A stretch of DNA of 63,765 bases, the filler included, from Octopus bimaculoides (Eukaryota): the NCBI RefSeq assembly GCF_001194135.2. It is 5 parts of 5 records of this genome, joined end to end, with 100 filler letters (N's around TTAATTAATTAA, not from the genome) between each part and the next. Parts side by side here need not be neighbours in the genome. Positions count along the whole stretch, not along the records: positions 1 to 23,742 come from NC_068982.1; 4 more parts are not named here. One strand, given 5' to 3'. Numbering within the stretch: position 1 is the first letter of the stretch; each line of letters starts with the position of its first letter. Position numbers and translations under genes: made by a program. This document shows positions 1 through 11,567 of this stretch, piece after piece. The notes under the pieces are model-generated. The model made no database searches. It was not told the DNA's origin and saw only the letters and a program-made list of their open reading frames with translations.

Positions 1-384
1 TATATATATGTAAGAGAGTTAGGGGTTGAGGATTCAACCCACTATGGGATAGTATCTATCCAATATACTGCTGGGAGGGTACCCAATTATTGTTACACTA
101 GTGTTATACCAAGTGTAATAAGTGGGTGCGGGTAAAGGGGGGGGGTATTTTACCCTAAATTTATATAGCAATTAGAAAATGGAGGATAATATGCAGTACC
201 CAACGACTTGCAGACAGTGTATTCCGTTGAATTAATTAACTTATTTTGTAACTAAAATGACAAAAACCACACAATACAAATGTTTATGACAAACCATGTT
301 ATATTGACAATCGGGGTTACAAATATAAAGTACATTAGGAATTTGAGAATAAACATAAACTTACAGCTGTTTCGGTCTAGCGTT

Positions 385-1432
385 GGCATGCCTCGGATAG
401 AATGGGGCTGATCATACTAGCTCCATTTCTTTCAAGCCTACGCATGTCCTCAGAATTCACGACCCATGTTTCATTGCTGTGTAGCATAGCAGTTCACATA
501 CATGCATCATACAGTCTACCTTTCACCCTGAGTGAGAGGCCCTTAGTTGCCAGCAGAGGTAGGAGCTCCCTGAACTTTCACCAGGCTATTCTTACTCTAG
601 TCACTACACTCTCAGAGCAACCCCCACCCCACTACAGACTTGGTCACCTAGGTAGTAGAAGCTATTAACTACTTCTAGTTTCTTCCCCTGGCATGTGATG
701 GAATCTGTTTTCTGTATATCTTCAGTGTTTATTACCTCAGTGCATCTACCACACACAAAAACTACTTTCCTGGTTAACCTTCCTTTAATATTGCTGCACC
801 TTTTATGTGTTCATAGCTTACACATCGTACATTGTATGGAGTTTCTATCCACACCTTTTCTACAGATTGAGCAGGGCCATCTACCTGAAGGGGGTTGTGA
901 TTTGACAGCCTTCCTACTTACTAAGACGTAGGTTTTGGCTACCTAAGGCCTTTCGATTCTAGACCTTGCTTCCACACCCTAAACTTTGTCTCCAGTTCTG
1001 GCAGTGACTCGGCTATTAGAGCAAGGTTATCAGCATAGAGGAGCTCTCAGGGGCAGCCTGTCTTGAATTCCTCTGTTATTGCCTGGAGGACTATAATGGA
1101 TAAGAGGTGGGGGCCGAGGACTGATCCTTGGTGAATCCCAACTTCTACTCGGAATTCTTCACTATACTTGTTACCCACCCTCACCTTACTGACAGCGTCC
1201 TTGTACAGAGTTTGTACAGCTCTTACCAGCCACTTGTCTATCCCCAGTTTCTACATTGACCACTAGATAAGGGATCGAGGGACACTGTCAAAGGATTTCG
1301 CCAAGTCAACAAAGGCCAAATACAAAGGTTTATCTTTGGCTAGGTATTTCTCCTGCAGTTGCCTTACCAGAAATATAGCATCAGTGGTGCTTCTGCCTGA
1401 TACAAGACCAAAACTGCATCTCATCTAATGCT
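385..1432 (-). mobile_element. RTE-clade LINE fragment (RT region), degenerate
   Basis: Minus strand reads FVDLAKSFDSVPR..VGIHQGSVL..YADNLAL; near-identical to the 40.5-41.5 kb copy. Confidence 0.85.
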
Positions 1433-2388
1433 CTCTCCCTAATTAGTTATATATATATATGTATATANNNNNNNNNNNNNNNNNNNNNNNNNNNNNNNNN
1501 NNNNNNNNNNNNNNNNNNNNNNNNNNNNNNNNNNNNNNNNNNNNNNNNNNNNNNNNNNNNNNNNNNNNNNNNNNNNNNNNNNNNNNNNNNNNNNNNNNNN
1601 NNNNNNNNNNNNNNNNNNNNNNNNNNNNNNNNNNNNNNNNNNNNNNNNNNNNNNNNNNNNNNNNNNNNNNNNNNNNNNNNNNNNNNNNNNNNNNNNNNNN
1701 NNNNNNNNNNNNNNNNNNNNNNNNNNNNNNNNNNNNNNNNNNNNNNNNNNNNNNNNNNNNNNNNNNNNNNNNNNNNNNNNNNNNNNNNNNNNNNNNNNNN
1801 NNNNNNNNNNNNNNNNNNNNNNNNNNNNNNNNNNNNNNNNNNNNNNNNNNNNNNNNNNNNNNNNNNNNNNNNNNNNNNNNNNNNNNNNNNNNNNNNNNNN
1901 NNNNNNNNNNNNNNNNNNNNNNNNNNNNNNNNNNNNNNNNNNNNNNNNNNNNNNNNNNNNNNNNNNNNNNNNNNNNNNNNNNNNNNNNNNNNNNNNNNNN
2001 NNNNNNNNNNNNNNNNNNNNNNNNNNNNNNNNNNNNNNNNNNNNNNNNNNNNNNNNNNNNNNNNNNNNNNNNNNNNNNNNNNNNNNNNNNNNNNNNNNNN
2101 NNNNNNNNNNNNNNNNNNNNNNNNNNNNNNNNNNNNNNNNNNNNNNNNNNNNNNNNNNNNNNNNNNNNNNNNNNNNNNNNNNNNNNNNNNNNNNNNNNNN
2201 NNNNNNNNNNNNNNNNNNNNNNNNNNNNNNNNNNNNNNNNNNNNNNNNNNNNNNNNNNNNNNNNNNNNNNNNNATATACTTCACTTTATCGTGCAGTTAC
2301 TGTTAATACTTCATTTAGAGAATTAACATTGCTTGTTTTCACTTTTTCGATATCAGTGAAGAATTTCACTGGAAAAATATACATAAGG

Positions 2389-2514
2389 TTGCCAAGAATT
2401 TATCTATCTCATCGAAGATCGGTGGCTATCGTACGCTGACGAAGGGAAATAACCCTGAAACCCGGGTCCGTTCGTGCTACGGATCACGATGAGAGGGATA
2501 ACTTCCCTTGGCAA
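2389..2514 (+). ncRNA. Type I hammerhead ribozyme with extended helix I
   Basis: CUGACGA (2436-2442), helix II AGGG/CCCU with loop AAAUAA, GAAA (2457-2460), C-CCGG-G, cleavage triplet GUC (2466-2468); helix I pairs 2430-2435/2469-2474, 2422-2426/2476-2480, 2417-2420/2482-2485, 2407-2414/2487-2494 and 2389-2396/2507-2514. Confidence 0.88.
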
Positions 2515-2866
2515 AACAAACAGGACACAGTAGTGTGTCGATAAGCCAGCTGGAGGAGATGTCCTCCTGGCGCTAAAAGCAACAGTAACATCCACCCCTA
2601 GGGGTCAGCCACACTTAAGTGGCAATATACTTCACTATATATATATGCATATATTCATGTGTAAATACATATATGAACACACATGCACATACACACACAC
2701 GCACACACACACACAAACTGTTCGTATATAAATATAAGTGTGTGTAATACTTAATTATAAAGAAACCAGAGAAATGCTAATCAAATCCTTCTGCTTTCCA
2801 TATATCAACTTGAATATGCTTACACATGCACACATATATAATGTTTAAGGAATGAAATTTTCTTAC

Positions 2867-2953
2867 AATTCTTAAAGGAACAAAAACTGGTATTCCACCA
2901 GCAGTTCTGACCATTGGTTCATAGCAGTCAAAAAATGGCTCAATGATAATAAC
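2867..2953 (-). CDS. KYAT1/3: KYAT coding exon 5 [29 protein letters not shown]
   Basis: 87 nt, cag/gtaag; the [14 protein letters not shown] motif is characteristic of KYAT1/3. Later exons, including the PLP lysine, are not seen and lie in the gap or outside the window. Paralogue 1 versus 3 cannot be resolved. Confidence 0.95.
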
Positions 2954-3319
2954 CTGTGACATGAAAAAACAAAAATGAGAAAAAAAGCCATTTGTAATTA
3001 TTTGCATACAACAATAACAAACAAATTATTTACATACAAAAATAACAAACAATAATAGAACATTAACCCTTTGGAGACGGAGTCTTGTTTGGAATTTCAG
3101 TGCCAAGAAGATGGAGTCCTTTTCACAAGCCTTACAGAGGGCATGCACTTATTTTTCAAAAAAAAAAAAAGTTATAAAAGATAAATTAATGACTTTACAT
3201 ATATAAACCTATATTCACGTAGGAAATTGAATGAACTAATACAATCTTCTTCATTCAACATTTTGGCTGATAGATTGGCTCTTTCATCGTCTAAGGGTTA
3301 ATATGTGTTCATCATGGGA

Positions 3320-3930
3320 TCTTTTCCTGGGCAGTATTTTATGAAAAGGATTGCCAACAGGAAGGACATCCTGATGGCAACACTTTTAGTCACTGTATGG
3401 ATACTCTGAAAGCATAGTTGCTAGAATAAGAATGGGCTGGGCAAAGTTCAGAGAGCTGCTACTTTTGTTGGTAACAAAGAGTCCCTCCTTCTCCTGCAGT
3501 TGTCTTACCAGGAATATAGCATCAGTAGTGCTTCTTCTCGGTACAAATCAAAACTGCATGTTATCTAAGCTAACTCTTTTCCTAATTTGTTGAGCTAAGG
3601 TCTTTTCTGTAACTTTCATCACCTGGTCCAGCAATTTGATACCTCTGTAATTATTTCTGTCTAAGATATTACCTTTAACTTTGTAGCAGTTGATTATAAT
3701 GCTGCTACACCAGCCGTTGGGTGTAGCAACCTGATGGGTTGTGGACAACCTGATTAACTAATATGGGTGACTAGGCTATATCTCACTGAGCCAGGTATTT
3801 TAAGCATCTCAATGGTGATTCCTGATGGGCCAAAGGCTTTCTCTGCCTTCATATCCTTAATTGATAGGTAATATTTCCCCATGGCCTGAGAAACCTCTCA
3901 CAGAAGTCTAGAAATGAACACCACCTGCAT
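3320..3930 (-). mobile_element. RTE LINE fragments, degenerate
   Basis: NYRGIKLLDQVMKVTEK..DNMQF, an RT N-terminal motif. Confidence 0.7.
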
Positions 3931-4857
3931 GACAGAGATGCTTGTATAAAACCATCATGTGACGTCATCACAAGGACATATATGCATGCCCAAACACAAT
4001 CAATCTCACTACCACTCCCCACATACACACAAACAGACATACATATAAACAATAAGCTTCTTTCAGTTTCTATCAACCAAATCCACTAACAAGGCTTTGG
4101 TTGGCTCAGAGCTAAACTAGAGGACATTTTCCCAAGGTACTACAAGATAGAACTCAACTCAAAATTATATGGTTGGGAAACAAGTTTCTTAACCATACAG
4201 TCATGTCTATACCTCAATAATGTCTGCACCAAGCTTTGCCAGTGCCTGTATATGATAAAAAATCAGAGAAAATGTCCTAGAGGGCAATGTTTCTCCTTTC
4301 AGTTCTAATCTTTAATCATCATTATTATTACTATTGTTTTAATATTCAATTTTCCAAGATGGATTATCAAATTACTAATCTACATATATCATCTTTTCAT
4401 ATTACTTAATCCGGCAATATCATTATCACATTTGTGAGGTTTAATCTCAGGTCTTATTCAACTACTTTTTTTCTTTACTTTTTTTCTGTCTTTCTTGTTT
4501 TACTTCTCCCATAAACATGTTCACCAACTGACATAAATTATTCAGATAACATACCTAGAACAATTTTATTGTCCCTCTTCTTTTATAAATATTGAGTAAT
4601 ATCTTTTATGCTTGATTACTGCTTCAACTGCATAATAACCTAGTCTCTTTTTATAAGTTAAAATTTCATATCCAAAAGACAAAATCCTACTCATTCTTTT
4701 TTAATTGCTCCATCATTCTATATTCACTTTACTTACTTCACTGCCATCTCTATATTACTTACAACAGTATCATTATTTTCAGTAACACAACAATAAAATA
4801 ACAATATACATGTTGATCAAGAGAAAGCAATAAGAATTGTCTCCAATTCAGCCTTAC

Positions 4858-5007
4858 CTCATCTCCTGGGTTCAAGAAACCATTTATACAACTGTAAAGA
4901 GCACCATAACCTCCAACTGAAATGAGTATTTCCTTAAATGGATCAATTGTACGGCCCATTATTGGCGAATATACCTTTGATAATACATCAACCAATCGAC
5001 TTTGTCC
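4858..5007 (-). CDS. KYAT1/3: KYAT coding exon 4 GQSRLVDVLSKVYSPIMGRTIDPFKEILISVGGYGALYSCINGFLNPGDE
   Basis: 150 nt, tag/gtaag, phase 0-0; VGGYGAL and PGDE motifs. Confidence 0.95.
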
Positions 5008-5974
5008 CTAGCAATTAAGAAAAAAAGTAGGTAAATACAAAAATTTAAAAAAAACAAATAAAAATATCAAATATCTTTTCATTTGCATGCACACTCACAC
5101 ATCAAGATGCCTATAACAAGAGAAGAGTGAAGCTTCAGGTATCAATGTCCTCAACATGTAAGATTGGGAGCAGGAATGTGAATGGTGGAAGTGACTTGTA
5201 GAGGTGAAAATAGACAACCTCTATCACACTAAACTCATTTATTTAATCTGTTGTGTCTGGGGAGAGTCATTTTCTTTTTGTGCCTTATAATTTAACACAC
5301 TCACCAGTAAAATTTCCACTTATTCCTTATTTTTATTTTCCTAAAATTTCTGTTGCGTCTAACTCACATAAAGAACCTCGCAGACCAAATCCAAAAATGA
5401 AATATCATTTATTTAACATTTCTAAATATCTTTTCACATCATTTAAGTGTACAAATAATACCTCATGACTTAGGGATTAAAATGCATAGTAACCATTAAA
5501 AAGATGGCAACAAGTTTCTTTAGAGAAATCTAGTAACTACTTTGAGCAAATCAAGTGATTTCCTCATCTCAGTCTGAAGAAATGTTTATATACTGATAGA
5601 ATATCAAAATGTTTGGTAGCACAATCATAGAAGAAACATGTCTTATTTTTCACAGCTTAATCAAGAATGCTACTGGCATTTATTATTGCTAAAATCAACT
5701 AAAATCTAAGTTTCACAATATTAAAACTTAGAACTCAACATTACTAGACTTCATCATTAATTAGTGAAAGTAATTTAGCAGTTAATTCTAGCCAGATTAT
5801 TTCTGACAGTGTACAGTTTGGTCATAATTTAACTTCATGAGACATAGCTGACTTATATGTTGGCGTTGCATTCCATTCAGCACATAACAGATGTGAGAAT
5901 CACAGGTGACTAAAGTGATAATGCTGCAGATTAAAAGTTGAAGGGTTGGTTCAAAGTCTACACTATTTCTGACA

Positions 5975-6352
5975 AAGGCACTCCGTCGCTTATGACATCG
6001 AGGGTTCCAGTTGATCTGATCAATGGAACAGCCTGCTCATGAAATTAACATGTAAGTGGCTGAGCACTCCACAGACACGTGTACCCTTAACGTAATTCTC
6101 AGGGAGATTCAGCGTGACACAGTGTGACAAAGCTGACCCTTTGAATTACAGGCACAACAGAAACAGGAAGTAAGAGGGAGAGAAAGTTGTGGTGAAAGAG
6201 TACAGCAGAGTTCACCACCATCCCCTGCCGGAGCCTCGTGGAGCTTTAGGTGTTTTCACTCAATAAATACTCACAACTCCCGGTCTGGGAATCGAAATCG
6301 CGATCCTATGACCACGAGTCCGCTGCCCTAACCACTAGGCCATTGCGCCTCC
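5975..6352 (-). mobile_element. tRNA-derived SINE family C (second copy 48921-49230)
   Basis: Minus-strand head GGAGGCGCAATGGCCTAGTGG..TTCGATTCC; body shared with 48.9 kb. Confidence 0.8.
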
Positions 6353-6757
6353 AACAAAGGCATAATGCCCAGTCAAAAAGACAATTAACAGATGAGATAC
6401 AGCTCATCCATGAGCTATATCTCTTTACATAATTCATTGAATTATGAGACACCCATCCATAACAAAAATGTAGTTGCAAGTGGAAAAGACATCACTACTG
6501 ATACTGTTATCATCAACATTTTCATTATTGTAACTTTGATACTTGATTTTCTCTGCTGAACAGTTCTACAAAATGCTAGTTTTACATGCATTTTGATTAT
6601 GTTACAAATATTGTTCAATCCTGCACCCAGTATAACTATTTCTTTTTAGCTCTTACATCTACAGATACCTTCAAAAAGAAAAAGTTCAGCTGCCATAATG
6701 TAAAAGTTCACCATTTAACTTGTAAAAACAAACAGATCAGAAGAGAGAATTACTTAC

Positions 6758-6856
6758 AAAACCTCGAGTATATTGGTGTAGTAAATGGTTCTTGTTACTA
6801 GCAGCTTCTATCAAAGCGTCTGTAGCAGATGCTGGTGGTTTAAAGTCTGGAAAACC
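6758..6856 (-). CDS. KYAT1/3: KYAT coding exon 3 GFPDFKPPASATDALIEAASNKNHLLHQYTRGF
   Basis: 99 nt, cag/gtaagt, phase 0-0; GFPDF and QYTRGF motifs of the KAT I/III family. Confidence 0.95.
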
Positions 6857-7439
6857 CTGAAATTAATACAGAGTCTGCACATATAATAGTGATTTAATAT
6901 ATATATTACTAACATTTTATATGACCATTACTAACAATGTTTCCACAACGTGTTGCTGTATGCTTGTGAACATGCCGTATGAACAATAAAGATTAAAACT
7001 ATCACATCTTTTAAACTCTGAACAAAAGAAATCTTTGTTATAGTTAAAAAGCTATCTTGGATTGTTTAAAATTGCAGAATTTATGGTAAAAGTTACATTG
7101 ATTTGGTCACTTGGAATGCATAAGTGAGGAAACTGACTAAAGCTTGTTCTCACTAAAGCATTCCAGAAATCAAGGTGGATTACATATGCTCCTGGAGATA
7201 TCTAAATATTGATTATAAGACTAGCACAAAACCAAGAAGAATATAGAAAAGATACAACTATGTTAACAAAATGCCAATGGCTGGCATGCAGATCATTGGT
7301 AGTTAGTATAAGTAATGATTACAGTTAGATATTTGTAGCTTGTTTTATAATTACATATAATACAAAGAAAGCATCAACAACTATAGCATACTTTTGTACA
7401 AGCTTCAATAATGCTGGACATAGGTATAGCATACTAACA

Positions 7440-8100
7440 TTTGCCTTGATCTCTTGTCATCTCTTCAGTGAGGCCCAGTATCCTTCCTTTATCTTCATCT
7501 CCAATGGGAGCCTTCCACTCTGGCCATTCTAGCAATCATCTTTCTTACACCATTTCATTGATGCTGTTGATGCCCACTTATTCTATCAGCTCACCTGTGT
7601 TACACTTTCATGCAAGATAATATAATAACACTTGCTTCATTTTACACTAACTGCTACGTCTTCCAGAATCATACCCATAGGAGCAGTTCAATTTATTAGT
7701 ATTCTTCTGATAACTATTCTTGTGCATCAGATACATCTAACTTCCTGGTTCTCTGTAAGCTTACTAGAGATCTCTCTGAAATATTATGTACTTGTTAGTA
7801 TAATTGAGCACACAGTATCAGACTTCTATCAGCTATCTTTATACATACAAGGTAAGGCTACTTTGAACTCTTAACCATGTTTCCAGATTTTAAACATTTT
7901 CTGCAACTCTTTGGCATATTTTGCTATGCAAACCAGGTCATCAGCACAATGTTCACCAGCACTACAATGAACAGAAGTGACAAGAGAGAGAATCATAGTG
8001 AACAGTTAGTTACCTGTAGACTAAATTGTTCATGGAACATGCTGCCAACCCAAAGCTTGTTAACAGTTACTTTGCAACGGTACAATTCTTAGAAGACTAA
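7440..8100 (-). mobile_element. Old RTE-like LINE RT fragment
   Basis: Frameshifted LLFIVVL..ADDLVCIA remnants. Confidence 0.55.
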
Positions 8101-8419
8101 GCCCAGCACCTACCAAACAACAATTCAAGAACTTCATTTACATAAATATAAAACAGGCGTGCTTGCTTTTAGCAACAAATGTTTCTTTTGGTTATTTCAC
8201 TAGAAATATAGAATCTGTGGCTTCACAACCTAAATAAATCAAAACAGCATCTTATTCAGTCTAACCCTCTCTTGAATTCAGCCCTCTCTTTCACAGTCCA
8301 TCAATGTTATGCCACTGGTTTTCATTTCTAGTAGTTGACGAATATGTTGCTATGTCACACATTAAGGATAGTACTTTCTAGCACAACCCGATTAACTAGG
8401 AAAGCATATGACCTATATA

Positions 8420-8790
8420 TGCTTTCTAAAAAAAATGGTAAAGACTCCCTTTGGTCATGAATGATCGTGGGATTGCACCTAGAAAGTTCCCCTTCAAGGC
8501 GCAAGTCCAGGCAAGGTTGTCATTATGGAAGACCAGCAGTCACCCATGCAAACCAGCCTCCCCTCTCCACACCACTGATGTTATCCAAAGGAAAGGCAAA
8601 GGCCGATACAGCTTGGCACCAGTGATGTGGCAACTCATTTCTACAGCTGAGTGAACTGAAGCAACTTGAAATAGAGTATCTTCCTCAAGAACACAGCACA
8701 CAGCCCAGTCCAGGACTCAAACTCACTATATCATGATTGTGAGCCTAACCCTAACCCTAACCCTAACCCTAACCACTGAGCCATGTGCCT
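8420..8790 (-). mobile_element. Further SINE-like element (central domain also at 37440-37580)
   Basis: CAGCTGAGTGAACTG..CTCAAG(A/G)ACACA domain seen twice. Confidence 0.5.
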
Positions 8791-9796
8791 TAAAATATAT
8801 GCTTTCTAATTCTTGGCAATTATTGTTAGTAAGCATAATGCTAAAATAATGCTTTCCCTGTCTACATATTTTTGATGATCTTAGTAACCATATCACAAGT
8901 TGACATCTGCAGAGAAAATGTGGCAGGAAGAGCAGATTTGGGAATAAAACACAGAAATTGTGATATTTGAGGCAGGCTTGTGTGGAGGAGGCATGCAACC
9001 ATCTAGTACAGAAGAAAAGAATCTACTGATATAGCAATATAATAGACAGCATATCTGTGAGCCAAAAGTATTTGAAAGTTAGTTTTTGTCAATCAGTGGG
9101 CTGGCCATTTGGATGCAGTTGTTTGTAGGAAGTCAATAATGAATCAGGTCTGAAATATTTTCTCATTATGAGAAGGAAGGCTAAGGCCCCTTTGCAGATT
9201 TCATTTAGTATAGTACCAGCTCTCGCACTCATATTTTTCATTCAACAATCCTTTGTAGTGGTACAACAAATGATACATGGAACTCAAATGTCACTATATT
9301 TTTCTTTCACTATTTTTATTTTATCTATTATAGTACCAATAAGAAATATGATTCACACCAGTAGAATGACCTTAACCCAGGTCAAAAGTATATTAACAGG
9401 GTAGCAAAAATATTCATAATTAGAAATTAATAAAAGTGAACAAAATTTTTAGGGAGCATCATAAAGTAATACATAGAAACAGATGTGTGTCAGATTTAGT
9501 TGTTGTTGATTTTGTTTGTTGTTGTTTAGCTCAAATTCAACCTGACTGAGCCAAATGATGATGAATGACATTCCAGCTATGACTATTGCATATCCTTTCT
9601 TCAGGAATGTCTAAGACTACATTGCCAAATGTGTGCCAATGGCAGGATGTGTTACAAGAGAAATTTGGTAACTATTTCTAAGAAGTCAAGACTCTTTTGT
9701 TGCACGTCACAACAAAGATGAGCTTTGCAGCTAGAGAAATAAAATCAAAAATTTCTAACTTAGAGTGAAGTTTAAAAAAGAAGTAATTGAATTTAC

Positions 9797-9848
9797 CTGT
9801 CCAAGGTTGACAACATTATAGTCTACAGCCAGTTTACTCATTTCCACC
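9797..9848 (-). CDS. KYAT1/3: KYAT coding exon 2 (W)VEMSKLAVDYNVVNLGQ
   Basis: 52 nt with cag/gtaaat boundaries; carries the conserved VVNLGQ motif; phase compatible with both neighbours. Confidence 0.93.
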
Positions 9849-11245
9849 CTGTAATTACATAATGTGTTTTTTCATCAAATGAAAGATATCAAGAGCATAT
9901 GATAGAATAAAAAAAATAGAAGATCTATAAATGGCATGATAAAGTATATAGAAACATTACAAAATTAATCAAATAAATTAAAAAATACCTTGTATCAATG
10001 TAAATCAATGTTAAGGAAGAATGCAATCTATTGAAGTAACACCAGTACATGATTGGCACATATTTTATCAAGATCATCATTTTACTGAACTAATGAGGAA
10101 CTCTCTACACAAGTCAACTGATCTGCCAGAAATAAATGTCAAATTTACATCAAATCATATCCTACTGTCTTAAAACAAAGGTAAAAATGCAGAGGACAAT
10201 GTTCTAAAACCTCAACGTTGAAAGAAGAAAATATAGCAATGTGTGGAAAACTTTTGAACATAAGGCTGCTTGACAGGTGCCAACCTAGAGCAAACAAGCC
10301 AAAGAGCTGTCAAACAATGTGAACTCAAACTAAGAAAAGATGGAACTAAAAATACTGTAAAACACTGAGTCTGACACTCTTCCATTTCTGTTTTAATGAA
10401 ACAATACATCATAAATGTTAAATTCAATGAAGACAAAGATGGTAAGTAGGCAGAAGAGAACATGTTATTCAGTATTTAGTTTTGTCTTCATACAGGTTCA
10501 AATCATAACAGAGTAAACTTCACTTTTCAAATATATTCTTCCCAACAAAGTTGGTTTTGTGCAAAAAGAAATCAATATTAATATTGCCCACCCTAAATGC
10601 TGGTCGTTTCGCTCATCACACCAAACTAAACTTAGGTTAATATTGCCTCAGTTCTGGAGCTGGTGGGATTATCCAGAAGAGTGCAGATGGCTTTACCATT
10701 TGTCCCAGGATAAGAGGTAGGTGCCTCATCTGGAATACCACAGTATGTGACTGTTTTGCTCCTCCCCACATCCTGGGTGTGAGAGGGTAAATGGGAGTGT
10801 CACTGCTTCTACAGCCAAATGGAACAAAATCATTGAGTATTGGGACTTGTCAGAGAAAAATTTCTGCCAGCCTTTGGTGTTTGAAACATTTGAAGGGGCT
10901 GAGCTGCTGACAACAAAGTTCTTTTCATTGACAATTACCTTACTAAAGTGTCAGATGATGCCCGTGAGAGTGCTTGATTGTTCCAATTCCTTAGCCTCGC
11001 TGTTGCTCATGGTAATATCATGAGCATGTTGGCTTGCTTCGATAGGTTCCATTGAGTTTTGTGGTGTGCAACCAACTGGGAGGCTTGATGCTGAACTGAT
11101 GTTTTTTCTTCCTTTTTCTTTCTTTCTTCCTCTTTTACTTTTCTCTCTTTGCTCATGTTTGCATTTTCTTCAGTTTTGGACTTGTATTTTCATGTAGTTT
11201 TGTTTTATATATGTATCATATATGCATCATACATGTTTTATATAT

Positions 11246-11560
11246 ATATCACTGAAAGCCTTCAACATCGATCATGCAACTTGGGAGCAGTCTGCTCTAG
11301 ACAGAGAAAGGTGGCGATCAGATGTCCACAAGGGTACCAACACATGCGAGACCAATAGGATCACTGCTGCAGAAGACTGCAGACAAGCTAGGAAGAACAG
11401 AGCTAACAACCCTGTAGCAGGCGCTACCATTCCCTGTCCACACTGTCAAAGACTCTTTCGGGCACAGATTGGCCTCACTAGCCATCTGCGGACTCACAAA
11501 GCCCACCACCACCCCAGGATGACTAGATGGTCTTCGGCGTATCGACGGACAAACTACACA
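11246..11560 (+). mobile_element. RTE/BovB-like LINE 3' end with C2H2 finger
   Basis: SLKAFNID..WEQSALDRERWR..CPHCQRLFRAQIGLTSHLRTH. Confidence 0.8.
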
Positions 11561-11567
11561 CATCATA

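Noticed and set aside
2540-2625. HDV-like ribozyme downstream of the hammerhead
   Set aside because: Could not form the P1/P3/P1.1 nested pseudoknot.
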